64,000 nt of DNA from Candidatus Latescibacterota bacterium (GTDB taxonomy: Bacteria > Latescibacterota > UBA2968 > UBA8231). The stretch's first letter is position 1, and the number at the start of each line of letters is the position of its first letter. Positions 10,342 to 18,605 of this stretch are shown here, one piece after another. The translations under genes and the position numbers were made by a program. The notes below the pieces were generated by a model, which saw only the letters and a program-made list of their open reading frames with translations, was not told where the DNA came from and searched no databases. The stretch spans positions 1,280,001-1,344,000 of the forward strand of contig OZ241867.1 of assembly GCA_965203175.1 (NCBI GenBank), written 5' to 3'.

Positions 10342-11981
10342 CAATCGCTTTTTTCAGCATAACCAGCACTGAATCGCGTCGCCAATGCTGGCGACGGGCA
10401 GCTCGCGGTGGCGGCCCCAAGCGACCGCAATACTGCGGTCGGACTGCACCTAGGGCCGGACTGCTCGTCTGCTGCGCGGCATTCGCCGTCTGCTGCGTCG
10501 CCAACTTGGTATGCCCCCAGATGCTTCTCAGCCAGGAGTCCGACAAACTCGTAGCCCGACAGAGTGAACACCACTACAGACTCGGTCTGCGCCATGTGCA
10601 GAGCGGTGACTTCCAGAGCGCCGAGCGGGAATACAGGAAAGCGATCGAGATGGACTCGACTGACGTTCGCCCGCGCGACGGCCTCGGTTTCGTCTATGCT
10701 CTGCAGAACAGATTCCGAGAGGCAGAGGCGGAATTCGAGAGAGCACTGGAGATCAACCCCGACTATGCTCCGTCTCTCTACAAGTTGGGAAAGATCTTCC
10801 TGATCCGCCGGGATCGCGAAAAAGCGAAGAATGCCTACGAAAGAGCGATCGCATCCGAGCCGACGTACTTCCTCGCTCATCACGGGCTCGGCATGATCTA
10901 CTCGCAGGAGGGAAAACCGACCGAGGCGGCGGAGTACTTCAAAACTGTGCTCCGGCTCAAGTCCGACTACGGCCCCTCTCGCTATCGACTTGGAGCCATC
11001 TATCTCCGGGAACAGGAATACGCCAAAGCGATAGCAGAACTGCAGCAGGCGGCAAAGCTGGACGAGAATGAACCGGCGATCCACTACGTCCTGGGAAATG
11101 CGTATATGGCCATCGGCAGACTGAGCGAAGCGGCAGACGCATTTGCCGCAACCCTGCGGCTCGACCCCCGTCGCGCAGATGCGCACGACAAGCTAGGGCT
11201 GGTTTACACCGAACAGTCACATGTGCCCTTGGGAGCGGCAATGGCAGACCAAGACAAACTCGCGGCCGCCGTAAAGGAACACCGCAAGGCGGTTGAGCTG
11301 GCCCCCGACAACGGCTGGTTCCAGCACAACCTTGGCATGGCCTATGAGCGGCAGCGCAACTACGAGGAAGCCGCGGCCCAGTACAGAAAGACCCTGACGG
11401 TGGATCCCGACCTTGCGTACTCGCGCTATCGCCTCGGTATGATTTACTCCAGAACCCGGAAATACGAGGAGGCTGTCGACCAGTACAAGCAGGCAATTGA
11501 GCGCGAGCCGGACAACGCGCTGTTCCACTACGCCTTGGGAGCTGTGTATGCCCAGACCGGAAGGGCCGAAGAGGCGATCGCTCAGTATGAGAAGGCCATC
11601 GAACTAGACTACTTCAACACAGAAGCGCATTTCGGTCTCGCCAACGCCTATTTCAAGCAAGGGAATCGCCAAGAGGGCGAGAGGGAGATGCAGATATTCC
11701 AGAAGCAGCGCGAAGGCAACATCGCCGAACTCGAACGCAGCGTCGCCCTGGTCCCCGACAATCCGCATTTTCACTTCGAGCTCGCCGTGCATTATTTCAG
11801 ACAGGGACGGGACATCAGCGCCATCAATGAGTACAAGCTCGCCATCGCTCTCGACCCTGCCAATGCCGAATACCATCGCCGTCTCGGCGACGCCTACCTG
11901 AAAACAGGCAGGTACCACGAAGCGGAGGAGCAGTTCGAGATCGCTCGCCGACTGGATCCGGCAGACGAGAACGGACCATGA
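10338..11981 (+). CDS. Tetratricopeptide-repeat protein, probably exported
   Basis: More than ten TPR-like repeats (LG..Y...G...EA...Y..A+.++P); TTG start overlaps the upstream stop; true start uncertain. Confidence 0.85.
   Translation: MTIAFFSITSTESRRQCWRRAARGGGPKRPQYCGRTAPRAGLLVCCAAFAVCCVANLVCPQMLLSQESDKLVARQSEHHYRLGLRHVQSGDFQSAEREYRKAIEMDSTDVRPRDGLGFVYALQNRFREAEAEFERALEINPDYAPSLYKLGKIFLIRRDREKAKNAYERAIASEPTYFLAHHGLGMIYSQEGKPTEAAEYFKTVLRLKSDYGPSRYRLGAIYLREQEYAKAIAELQQAAKLDENEPAIHYVLGNAYMAIGRLSEAADAFAATLRLDPRRADAHDKLGLVYTEQSHVPLGAAMADQDKLAAAVKEHRKAVELAPDNGWFQHNLGMAYERQRNYEEAAAQYRKTLTVDPDLAYSRYRLGMIYSRTRKYEEAVDQYKQAIEREPDNALFHYALGAVYAQTGRAEEAIAQYEKAIELDYFNTEAHFGLANAYFKQGNRQEGEREMQIFQKQREGNIAELERSVALVPDNPHFHFELAVHYFRQGRDISAINEYKLAIALDPANAEYHRRLGDAYLKTGRYHEAEEQFEIARRLDPADENGP
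10421..10447 (-). repeat. 27-bp REP-like palindromic element, copy 1
   Basis: GCGACCGCAATACTGCGGTCGGACTGC on +; 26/27 identical to 58815-58841; 8-bp stem CGACCGCA/TGCGGTCG. Confidence 0.8.
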
Positions 11982-11992
11982 GCTGACACCGG

Positions 11993-13708
11993 ATGGCTCG
12001 CCGACCTCGCCTCTACATCTTCGGGCTTTATTTTCTCTTCTCGAACTCCCTCTGTGGTCCTTTGCAGGCTGCCGACGATGGGCTCGTGCTCGGCACCCGC
12101 GTGCAGTTTGTCGATGTCGCGGCCGAGGTCGGCGTCACCTTGATGAACGTCTCTGGTGATGGCGAACAGCAGTACCTGGTCGATGCCTTCATGGGGGGGT
12201 CGGCCTTCTTCGACTACGACTGGGACGGGGATCTGGATCTGTACGTGCTGAACGGGTCGAGAGTGGGAGGATTTCTCGGCCGGGATCGCCCGCGCAATGC
12301 CCTCTACCGAAACGAGGGCGCGACGTTTTCGAACGCCACAGAAGAATCGGGTCTCGGGGACACCGGTTGGGGAATGGGCTGCGCCGTGGCCGATTACGAC
12401 AACGACGGGGATGCGGACATCTATGTGACCAACTACGGCAGCAACGCGCTGTACGAAAATCGGGGAGATGGGGCCTTTGTCGATGTCGCGCAGCGCGCCG
12501 GAGTCTTCGGAGAAGAGGCATTTAGCACCGGATGTGCCTTCTTCGACTACGACCGCGATGGCGATCTCGACCTGTACGTGGCGAACTACGTCGATTTCGA
12601 TCATTTAATGGAAACCACTCCCGACAGGAGGCACGAGTGGCGGGGGTTGACCGTCCATTTCGGACCTCAAGGGATGCGGGGGGAGGCGGACGTATTCTAC
12701 CGCAACGAGGGCGAGGGCGTCTTTTCCGATGTGACTGCCGCAGCCGGTCTCGTGGATCGCGACATGCTGTACGGACTCGGTGTAGTTGCGGGAGACTACG
12801 ACAATGACGGCGATTCGGATGTTTACGTGGCCAACGATACGGGGCCCAACTATCTCTACGAGAACAGGGGCGACGGGACCTTTGCCGACGTGGCTTGGAT
12901 GAAGGGCGCGGCATACGGCGAGGGCGGCCAGCCACAGGGATGCATGGGCATCGCCTTCGGGGACTACGACAACGACGCGTATCCAGACATACTGGTCACC
13001 AACTTCTGGGAAGAGACTAACACCCTGTATCACAACGACGGAGGGCGATTTTTCTCGGATCTCACTTTCGATGCGGGAGTGGGGTTGGAGAGCTTCCAGT
13101 TCCTCGCTTGGGGCACCGAGTTCTTCGACTACGACAACGACGGCGACAAGGATCTTTTCGTCGCCAACGGCCATGTCTATCCGCAGGTCGACAGGGCGAA
13201 CCTCGGAGTCAGCTATGCCCAGACCAATCAGTTGTTCGAGAATATGGGGGATGGCACCTTTGCCGAGGTGTCCCGCACCTCGGGCGCGGGACTGCAGATC
13301 GAGAAGGTAAGCAGGGGCGCTGCTTTCGGGGATTACGACGAGGATGGCGACCTCGACATATTCGTCCTAGAGCTCAACGATCTCCCGACGCTGCTGCGCA
13401 ATGACGGGGGTGATCAAAACAACTATCTGATAGTCCGGACGGAAGGCACCGAGAGCAACAGGGACGGGATCGGCGCTCGGGTAAAACTCCGTTGCGGGGA
13501 CGTGACGCAGGTCAATGAGGTGCGGAGCGGTTCGAGCTATCTATCGCAGAACGACTTGAGGGTCCACTTCGGCTTGGGCGAGTGCACTACTGTAGACCGG
13601 CTGGAAGTACTCTGGCCGAGCGGTCTGGTCGAGAGCTTTGAAGACCTGTCCGCCAACAGGGTCTTGGTGATTCGCGAGGGAAGCGGAATCGTTCAGCCGA
13701 GCCAGTGA
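11993..13708 (+). CDS. CRTAC1-family protein (FG-GAP/VCBS repeats + ASPIC/UnbV domain)
   Basis: Repeated DYDNDGDxD(L/I)YVxN motifs; C-terminal SNRDGIGARV..GSSYLSQND..HFGLG..WPSG. Confidence 0.92.
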   Translation: MARRPRLYIFGLYFLFSNSLCGPLQAADDGLVLGTRVQFVDVAAEVGVTLMNVSGDGEQQYLVDAFMGGSAFFDYDWDGDLDLYVLNGSRVGGFLGRDRPRNALYRNEGATFSNATEESGLGDTGWGMGCAVADYDNDGDADIYVTNYGSNALYENRGDGAFVDVAQRAGVFGEEAFSTGCAFFDYDRDGDLDLYVANYVDFDHLMETTPDRRHEWRGLTVHFGPQGMRGEADVFYRNEGEGVFSDVTAAAGLVDRDMLYGLGVVAGDYDNDGDSDVYVANDTGPNYLYENRGDGTFADVAWMKGAAYGEGGQPQGCMGIAFGDYDNDAYPDILVTNFWEETNTLYHNDGGRFFSDLTFDAGVGLESFQFLAWGTEFFDYDNDGDKDLFVANGHVYPQVDRANLGVSYAQTNQLFENMGDGTFAEVSRTSGAGLQIEKVSRGAAFGDYDEDGDLDIFVLELNDLPTLLRNDGGDQNNYLIVRTEGTESNRDGIGARVKLRCGDVTQVNEVRSGSSYLSQNDLRVHFGLGECTTVDRLEVLWPSGLVESFEDLSANRVLVIREGSGIVQPSQ

Positions 13709-13741
13709 CGGGGGCCTGACGTGTACTGGACACTACTCGAC

Positions 13742-14023
13742 CTAACCGACAGTGTCAGCTCCGGCATTGATCACCAGATGGGGTTTTAGTCGGGTAGACG
13801 CCGCCACATTGCGGTCGACAGCTAGATGGGACAGGAAGGCTTCGATCTCTCGCTCCCCCATCTGCTGGGGGTGTTTCTTTCCGTGAAAGAGAATGAAACG
13901 CCGTATCCACGAGACGTAGGTTTTTTCGTTCTTCTGGGAGTAGTGCTTCAGACGGATGGTTTCCCGCACTTGATTGAGCAGTTTCTTCGACTCCGGGGGT
14001 ATAATCTCACCTCTATTGCTCAA
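13742..14023 (-). pseudogene. intI: Truncated integron integrase (N-terminal SAM-like domain only)
   Basis: LLNQVRETIRLKHYS..EKTYVSWIRRFILFHGKKHP..MGEREIEAFLSHLAVDRNVAAST is a classic IntI N-terminus; similarity stops at ~aa 77 where QNQA is expected; catalytic domain absent; divergent from an attC array. Confidence 0.9.
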
Positions 14024-14110
14024 TTTATTGTTTTTTTAACGTTTTATATAGATTACCCTTGTGTGTCAGGGGGATTTCTATACAAGAGTGAGCAAAGAGG
14101 AGACTAGACT

Positions 14111-14159
14111 CCCGGACTTCTTTCAGGGCTATGAGTGATAGCCCTGAAAGAAGTCCGGG
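14111..14159. repeat. Perfect 22-bp inverted repeat in the intI-attI spacer
   Basis: CCCGGACTTCTTTCAGGGCTAT-gagtg-ATAGCCCTGAAAGAAGTCCGGG. Confidence 0.9.
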
Positions 14160-14217
14160 CTAAAGAGAGGGATAGCGAGAAATGTTTCGGGGCTATGAAT
14201 TCTAATGGACATATTTC

Positions 14218-14237
14218 CGCTCACTCATAAGTTATGC
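14218..14237 (+). other. Putative attI recombination site (core GTTATGC at 14231-14237)
   Basis: GTT core between intI and the first cassette; its right half TTATGCGC matches the R'' of attC1 (GCGTATAAC) with one mismatch. Confidence 0.65.
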
Positions 14238-14974
14238 GCTAATGAACTAGTAAATGAAAATATCGGAAGCAACGAGAAGAGACATTTTTGATTCGATCGT
14301 AATTGAGAATGTGCCATGGAACGGACGACTTGAGGAGCCGGATTTCTTGGCTCGATTATTCGATCTTAAATCTCTTCCCTCAACTGATGATAGATTTAGG
14401 GATGCTTATGGCGATATTTGGCAGCACCGAATAAATAACTACGACTGGGACGACGACTGGGTCTTTTCTGATACTCGTTTTAATTTGCTACATGGCGACG
14501 ACGAAATATTTTTGCGATTTTTATGTGAAACCCTACATCCAGTCGTGAGAACTGACGCAGAGGAGATCGAGAGACTCCGGCGAGGATATAACCTCTTATT
14601 ACAAAATGATGGCTACGAGATAGTTGCAAAGGCAAAAATGGCAGGCCGCGCTATTTATGTAGCTCGACAAATCGGGTTGAGGCCAGAGATACCTCTAAAT
14701 TCACTAAAAGAAAAATTTCGGGTACTGACACTAGTTATGTTCTCCAGCAGATCACACGGATGGAAGCTGCAGTAGAAAATGATCCTGGTCTGGCAATAGG
14801 AACAGCGAAAGAACTAGTTGAAACCGTGTGTAAAACAATTTTGAAAGAAAGAAATATCAAACTTACTGGAAATGAGAACCTACCAAAACTTGTGAAGGCG
14901 ACGGCGAAAGAGTTAAAACTGACGCCATCTGATATAGCAGATGATGCTGAGCGGCCCCCAAAGCTTGGATCACT

Positions 14975-15838
14975 TTAGATGTGAGTTGGCCGGGTCTCGG
15001 CGGGCTGATAGTTTAGGGCTTGGGCAAATTCATCGGGTGTTTTATATCCGAGGCTACTATGGGGTCGTTGCTGGTTGTACAGGCACCGATAGTCCTCCAC
15101 GACGACGCGGGCTTCGGCGATCGAAAAGAAGATTTCTGGCGTAAGACACTCGGCTCGAAAACGGCTATGAAAACTTTCGATGAGGCCATTTTGCCACGGG
15201 CTACCCGGCTCGATATACAGCGTCTGGATGTCGGCGGCAGCGCACCAATCCTGAATGAGTCGGGCGATAAATTCCGAGCCATTATCCGAGCGCATAAACG
15301 CCGGTGCGCCCCACGCTTCGACCAGCGCTTGAAGCGTATCCAACACGTGGTCACTGGGGATCGAACGCGCCGGGTGAATGACCAAACACTGCCGGGTATA
15401 TTCATCTACGACCGTCAGCATCTTCACCGGCCGACCGTCGGTGGTTCGATCCAAAATGAAATCCCATGACCAGACATGGCCGGGATAGGCCGCCTGCACC
15501 GGAGTGCGCCGCGCCGACCGGGGGCACCGTTTCCGGCGCTCCACCGGTGGTACGCCTAACCCGGCTTGCCGCCGCACCCGCTGGACGCGTTTGCGATTGA
15601 CCGTCCAACCCTCGCGGCATAAGAGCTGATGAATAAGCCGATAGCCCCAGCGCGGATGCTGTTTCGACAAGGTGATAATGCGCTGCTCCAGCCGCTGCCG
15701 CCGGTCGGTGGGGCCTTGCGGCCGATGATAATAACTCGAGGGCGCCAGCCCGACCACAAGGCAGGCCCGCCGCGTCGAGCACATCCCCTGTTCGGCGACA
15801 TAGTGGACGGCTCGTTTTTTATGCGACGGGCTTACCAT
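14975..15838 (-). CDS. IS3 transposase OrfB (rve/DDE integrase core)
   Basis: WSWDF, VDEYTR, RSDNGSEF, PGSPWQNGLIESF, YNQQRPHSSLGY. Confidence 0.93.
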   Translation of the reverse strand: MVSPSHKKRAVHYVAEQGMCSTRRACLVVGLAPSSYYHRPQGPTDRRQRLEQRIITLSKQHPRWGYRLIHQLLCREGWTVNRKRVQRVRRQAGLGVPPVERRKRCPRSARRTPVQAAYPGHVWSWDFILDRTTDGRPVKMLTVVDEYTRQCLVIHPARSIPSDHVLDTLQALVEAWGAPAFMRSDNGSEFIARLIQDWCAAADIQTLYIEPGSPWQNGLIESFHSRFRAECLTPEIFFSIAEARVVVEDYRCLYNQQRPHSSLGYKTPDEFAQALNYQPAETRPTHI

Positions 15839-16107
15839 TTTTTTGCGTTGATCGCTTGCAACACCCGATTATCCAGCATCGCTTCGGCCAGCATCTTTTT
15901 CAACTCGGCGTTTTCTTTTTCTAACGCTTTCAAGCGCTTGGCATCGGCTACATCCATACCGCCGTATTGCTTTTTCCAGCGATAGAAGGTGCCTTCGGCG
16001 ATGTTATGCACGCGACAGAGTTCGGCCACCGTTTGGCCGCCATCCGCCTGCCGCAAAATGCGGATAATTTGCTCGACAGTACGAGATTTGCTCCCTTTGC
16101 GCTTCAT
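15832..16107 (-). CDS. IS3 transposase OrfA (HTH); -1 frameshift to OrfB at an A7 run
   Basis: EQIIRIL..VAELCR..I..GTFYRWKKQYGGM..RLKALEKEN..LK; GCAAAAAAATGGTAA overlap with the OrfB ATG. Confidence 0.92.
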   Translation of the reverse strand: MKRKGSKSRTVEQIIRILRQADGGQTVAELCRVHNIAEGTFYRWKKQYGGMDVADAKRLKALEKENAELKKMLAEAMLDNRVLQAINAKKW

Positions 16108-16384
16108 GAGTATGCTCCTCGTTAAGAAACAAGAAAATACTCACATCCAAACCTGTCCAGGTTTAAGGGGGCAGGCCAATGCTAAAGCATCTGACAGCAT
16201 AAAGCGGTTGTTGAGTAATCTGGCAACCATTACAGATGGGGTGGCAGAATTGAGAAATAGCTATGGGACTGGTCACGGCAAAGAAGCAAAATCGAGGGGC
16301 CTTACTTCGAGACATGCGAAACTGGCGGTTGGGTCTGCATCAACATTAGCGATTTTCCTAGTCGAAACTCATAATGAACAAAGC

Positions 16385-16445
16385 GTATAACAAGCGCACG
16401 CAACGGACTGGCCAGCCGGCCAGCCGCTGATGCGAGGCGTTAGAG
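16385..16445 (+). other. attC site 1
   Basis: R'' GTATAAC ... R' GTTAGAG, 61 bp, internal imperfect palindrome, directly at the cassette 1 stop. Confidence 0.85.
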
Positions 16446-16459
16446 CGCGAGAGAAGCCG

Positions 16460-17098
16460 ATGGGATACACGAGACAACTTTGGGACAAACGTGTAGCCGG
16501 CAGGTCCGATCTCTCATCGCAAGTGATACACCTCACCCGCCCGACGGAATTCGACGGGAAGAAGGTTGGTCCGGTGGACCTGCTGGTCTGTATTCTTACG
16601 GAGGCCCGACTTAGCGCTTCCACCACAGACAAGGGCTTCATCTGCGGAGATATTCCTGCTACCTGCTTTCAAGATGTGCCCGTGTATTCATTATCGCAAA
16701 ACATCCACGCTGAAGAGCAGTATCGGGCGGCGGTTGAGGGGGCAAAAGTACGCTATGTCGGAGTTGGTCTCATGTTTCCTAAGCCGTATGTATACGCTCG
16801 GGGCGGTCGGCCTGTGATCTATGAAGACACAGACAAAGCGAAGGCCATTCTGCCAGAAGATGGATGGTGGCGAATCGTTCGCTTTGATCTAAGCGACGAA
16901 GAGAACTTCGCGGACTGGACGCACGAACGAGAGTGGCGTGTCCCGGGTGGTTTTCCCTTCGACCGCGACCAAGCGACGGTTTTACTTCCCAACAAGTACG
17001 GATACGACCGCTTTCTTAGGCTATGCGAAGAAGTTGAGGAGGTTGACATCCTGAAGGAAATTCGGGGAATCGTCAATTTGGGTGCGGTGTTCTACTAG
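16460..17098 (+). CDS. Cassette 2: AbiGi/DUF2971-like protein (putative ADP-ribosyltransferase fold)
   Basis: HLTR, CFQDVP, GVG.MF.K.YVY.RGGRPVIY, DWTHEREWR; start at ATG 16460 after the attC1 crossover. Confidence 0.6.
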   Translation: MGYTRQLWDKRVAGRSDLSSQVIHLTRPTEFDGKKVGPVDLLVCILTEARLSASTTDKGFICGDIPATCFQDVPVYSLSQNIHAEEQYRAAVEGAKVRYVGVGLMFPKPYVYARGGRPVIYEDTDKAKAILPEDGWWRIVRFDLSDEENFADWTHEREWRVPGGFPFDRDQATVLLPNKYGYDRFLRLCEEVEEVDILKEIRGIVNLGAVFY

Positions 17099-17102
17099 CC
17101 CG

Positions 17103-17162
17103 CTCTAACAATCGGTTCAAGCGGACGCCGCAAAGCGGCACCGCTTAACCACAACGTTAGCA
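17103..17162 (+). other. attC site 2
   Basis: CTCTAAC-aatc-GGTTCAAGCGG..GCCGC-aaa-GCGGC..CCGCTTAACC-acaac-GTTAGCA, 60 bp. Confidence 0.92.
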
Positions 17163-17165
17163 CTC

Positions 17166-17624
17166 ATGACTGACCTCTCGCACCTAGAATCCACACTTGT
17201 CGGAGTCGCTGGCGAATACTTTGTTGCTGCGGAACTGTCGCTCCGCGGGTATCTTGCGTCGGTCACACTTCGAAATAGCCGAGGTATCGACATCATTGCA
17301 AGTAGTGCAGATGCGTCCAAGTCGGTATCTATTCAAGTCAAAACAAGCAAGGGCAAGACTCCGAGTTGGATCCTGAGCAAGAAATCCGAAGATTTTTTCT
17401 CTGACTCTCACTTCTACGTGTTTGTCTTACTCAAATCCCTTGGAACCCGGCCAGATTTCTTCATTGCCCCAAGCATTGCTGTCGCGAAGTATATCTGCAC
17501 CACGCACAGGGAATGGCTGAAAGGGTCAAAACGTGATGGAACCCAACGCCAGGATTCGAACATGAGAAAATTTAACGACCCCGAAGGTCAACATCGCGAG
17601 CGTTGGGACGTTCTGGGGCTATGA
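17166..17624 (+). CDS. Cassette 3: small PD-(D/E)XK-like nuclease
   Basis: GVAGEYFVAAELSLRGY..GIDIIA..VSIQVKT (E..D..QxK pattern). Confidence 0.65.
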   Translation: MTDLSHLESTLVGVAGEYFVAAELSLRGYLASVTLRNSRGIDIIASSADASKSVSIQVKTSKGKTPSWILSKKSEDFFSDSHFYVFVLLKSLGTRPDFFIAPSIAVAKYICTTHREWLKGSKRDGTQRQDSNMRKFNDPEGQHRERWDVLGL

Positions 17625-17625
17625 G

Positions 17626-17697
17626 TGCTAACCAGTCGCTCCAGCCGACGGCCAACCCGCTATGCGGCTTGTCCGCGGCTGAGCTTGTCCGTTAGGC
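17626..17697 (+). other. attC site 3
   Basis: TGCTAAC..GCTCCAGCCG..CGGCTGAGC..GTTAGGC, 72 bp. Confidence 0.92.
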
Positions 17698-17716
17698 GTC
17701 ATCACGGCAACCACAC

Positions 17717-18283
17717 ATGACAGAGAAAGAATGGACTGAAAGAATGGCTCACTGTCTTCAGGATGCGTTGAGCGAGACTCCATATAAGACGTGCCTAATA
17801 GAGGTTGGGAGAAAAATTCCATATGGGTTTGAAATTCGATCATATGAGAACGATGATCCGAAGCCAAACGTTAATCAGTACGAAACAGATCTGGTCATTC
17901 TCGATTGTGAAAGCGAGCAATCTTGGAAGCCTCGTGTCATTGTTGAAGCAAAAAAAAGGAACGTTACAACTCATGATGCGATCACTTATTCTCAGAAGGC
18001 ACTATCACACAAGACTGTACACCCCTATCTCCGCTATGGAATCATGCTTGGAGATAGGAAACATCATCCGTTACCAGGGAGACTCTACCGACATGGCGCG
18101 CACTTTGACTTCATGATTTCCTTCGTAGGGAGTAGACCAAACAAAGCAGAGATAGATACATTTGGGGAGATCATACGTGCCGAAATAGATGCTTCTCGGA
18201 AATTGGAGAAGATCATCTATGAGAGTCGTCAGCGTGACCGGGATCATTACACGATTTTGCATAAGAAGTTACGTCTAGAATGA
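17717..18283 (+). CDS. Cassette 4: PD-(D/E)XK restriction-endonuclease-like protein
   Basis: YETDLVI..PRVIVEAK..TTHDAITYSQKA; AT-rich. Confidence 0.6.
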   Translation: MTEKEWTERMAHCLQDALSETPYKTCLIEVGRKIPYGFEIRSYENDDPKPNVNQYETDLVILDCESEQSWKPRVIVEAKKRNVTTHDAITYSQKALSHKTVHPYLRYGIMLGDRKHHPLPGRLYRHGAHFDFMISFVGSRPNKAEIDTFGEIIRAEIDASRKLEKIIYESRQRDRDHYTILHKKLRLE

Positions 18284-18290
18284 GTCGGAC

Positions 18291-18315
18291 GCCTAACACG
18301 GTGCTTCAGCCGACG
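18291..18315 (+). other. Truncated attC site 4 (left half only)
   Basis: GCCTAAC-acggt-GCTTCAGCCGACG mirrors the left half of attC3, then switches to AT-rich DNA with no L'/R'. Confidence 0.7.
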
Positions 18316-18358
18316 TATTTTTTATTGATAGCAAAATATATACCTGTGGGAGACGATA

Positions 18359-18589
18359 ATGCGCGAATCGGATCTCTTAGCCCGTATCACAATTGATCCA
18401 GAACAATGTGGAGGACGTCCCTGCATCCGGGGAATGCGCATCCGCGTCAACGACGTACTCGAACTCCTCGCCGCTGGCGAGACGCCCGAGCAAATCCTAG
18501 CAGACTATTCCTATCTCCAGCCGGATGATATTGCCGCTAGTCTTCTGTACGCGGTGCATCAGCTTGATCACCCCATTCTAGCCGCCTAG
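18359..18589 (+). CDS. DUF433 antitoxin
   Basis: RITIDPEQCGGRPCIRGMRIRVNDVLELLAAG....IL.DY..L..DDI.A. Confidence 0.92.
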   Translation: MRESDLLARITIDPEQCGGRPCIRGMRIRVNDVLELLAAGETPEQILADYSYLQPDDIAASLLYAVHQLDHPILAA

Positions 18590-18605
18590 GATTGGGGGCG
18601 TCACA

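Larger units (their letters stand above)
14948..16178 (-). mobile_element. Complete IS3-family insertion sequence (IS407-like), 1231 bp
   Basis: TG...CA ends with imperfect IRs (TGAGCGGCCCCCAAAGCTTGGA / TGGCCTGCCCCCTTAAACCTGGA); 4-bp target duplication ATGC at 14944-14947 and 16179-16182. Confidence 0.93.
14254..16390 (+). pseudogene. Cassette 1: AbiJ-like abortive infection protein (N-terminal domain + Abi_C), disrupted by a frameshift (~14716) and an IS3 insertion
   Basis: ISEATRRDIFD..W.GRLEEPDFLARLFDL.SLPSTD.RF..A.GDIWQH..NN.DW; DPGLAIGTAKELVETVCKTIL; ELRNSYGTGHG..HAKLAV; removing the IS restores ADDAKASDSIKR. Confidence 0.82.

Noticed and set aside
14705-14725. Programmed -1 frameshift in the AbiJ-like gene
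   Set aside because: No in-frame X XXY YYZ heptamer and the gene is also IS-disrupted; a 1-nt deletion or sequencing error is simpler.
15989-16390. 133-aa ORF as an independent gene
   Set aside because: A chimera of IS antisense sequence and the C-terminal fragment of the Abi cassette.
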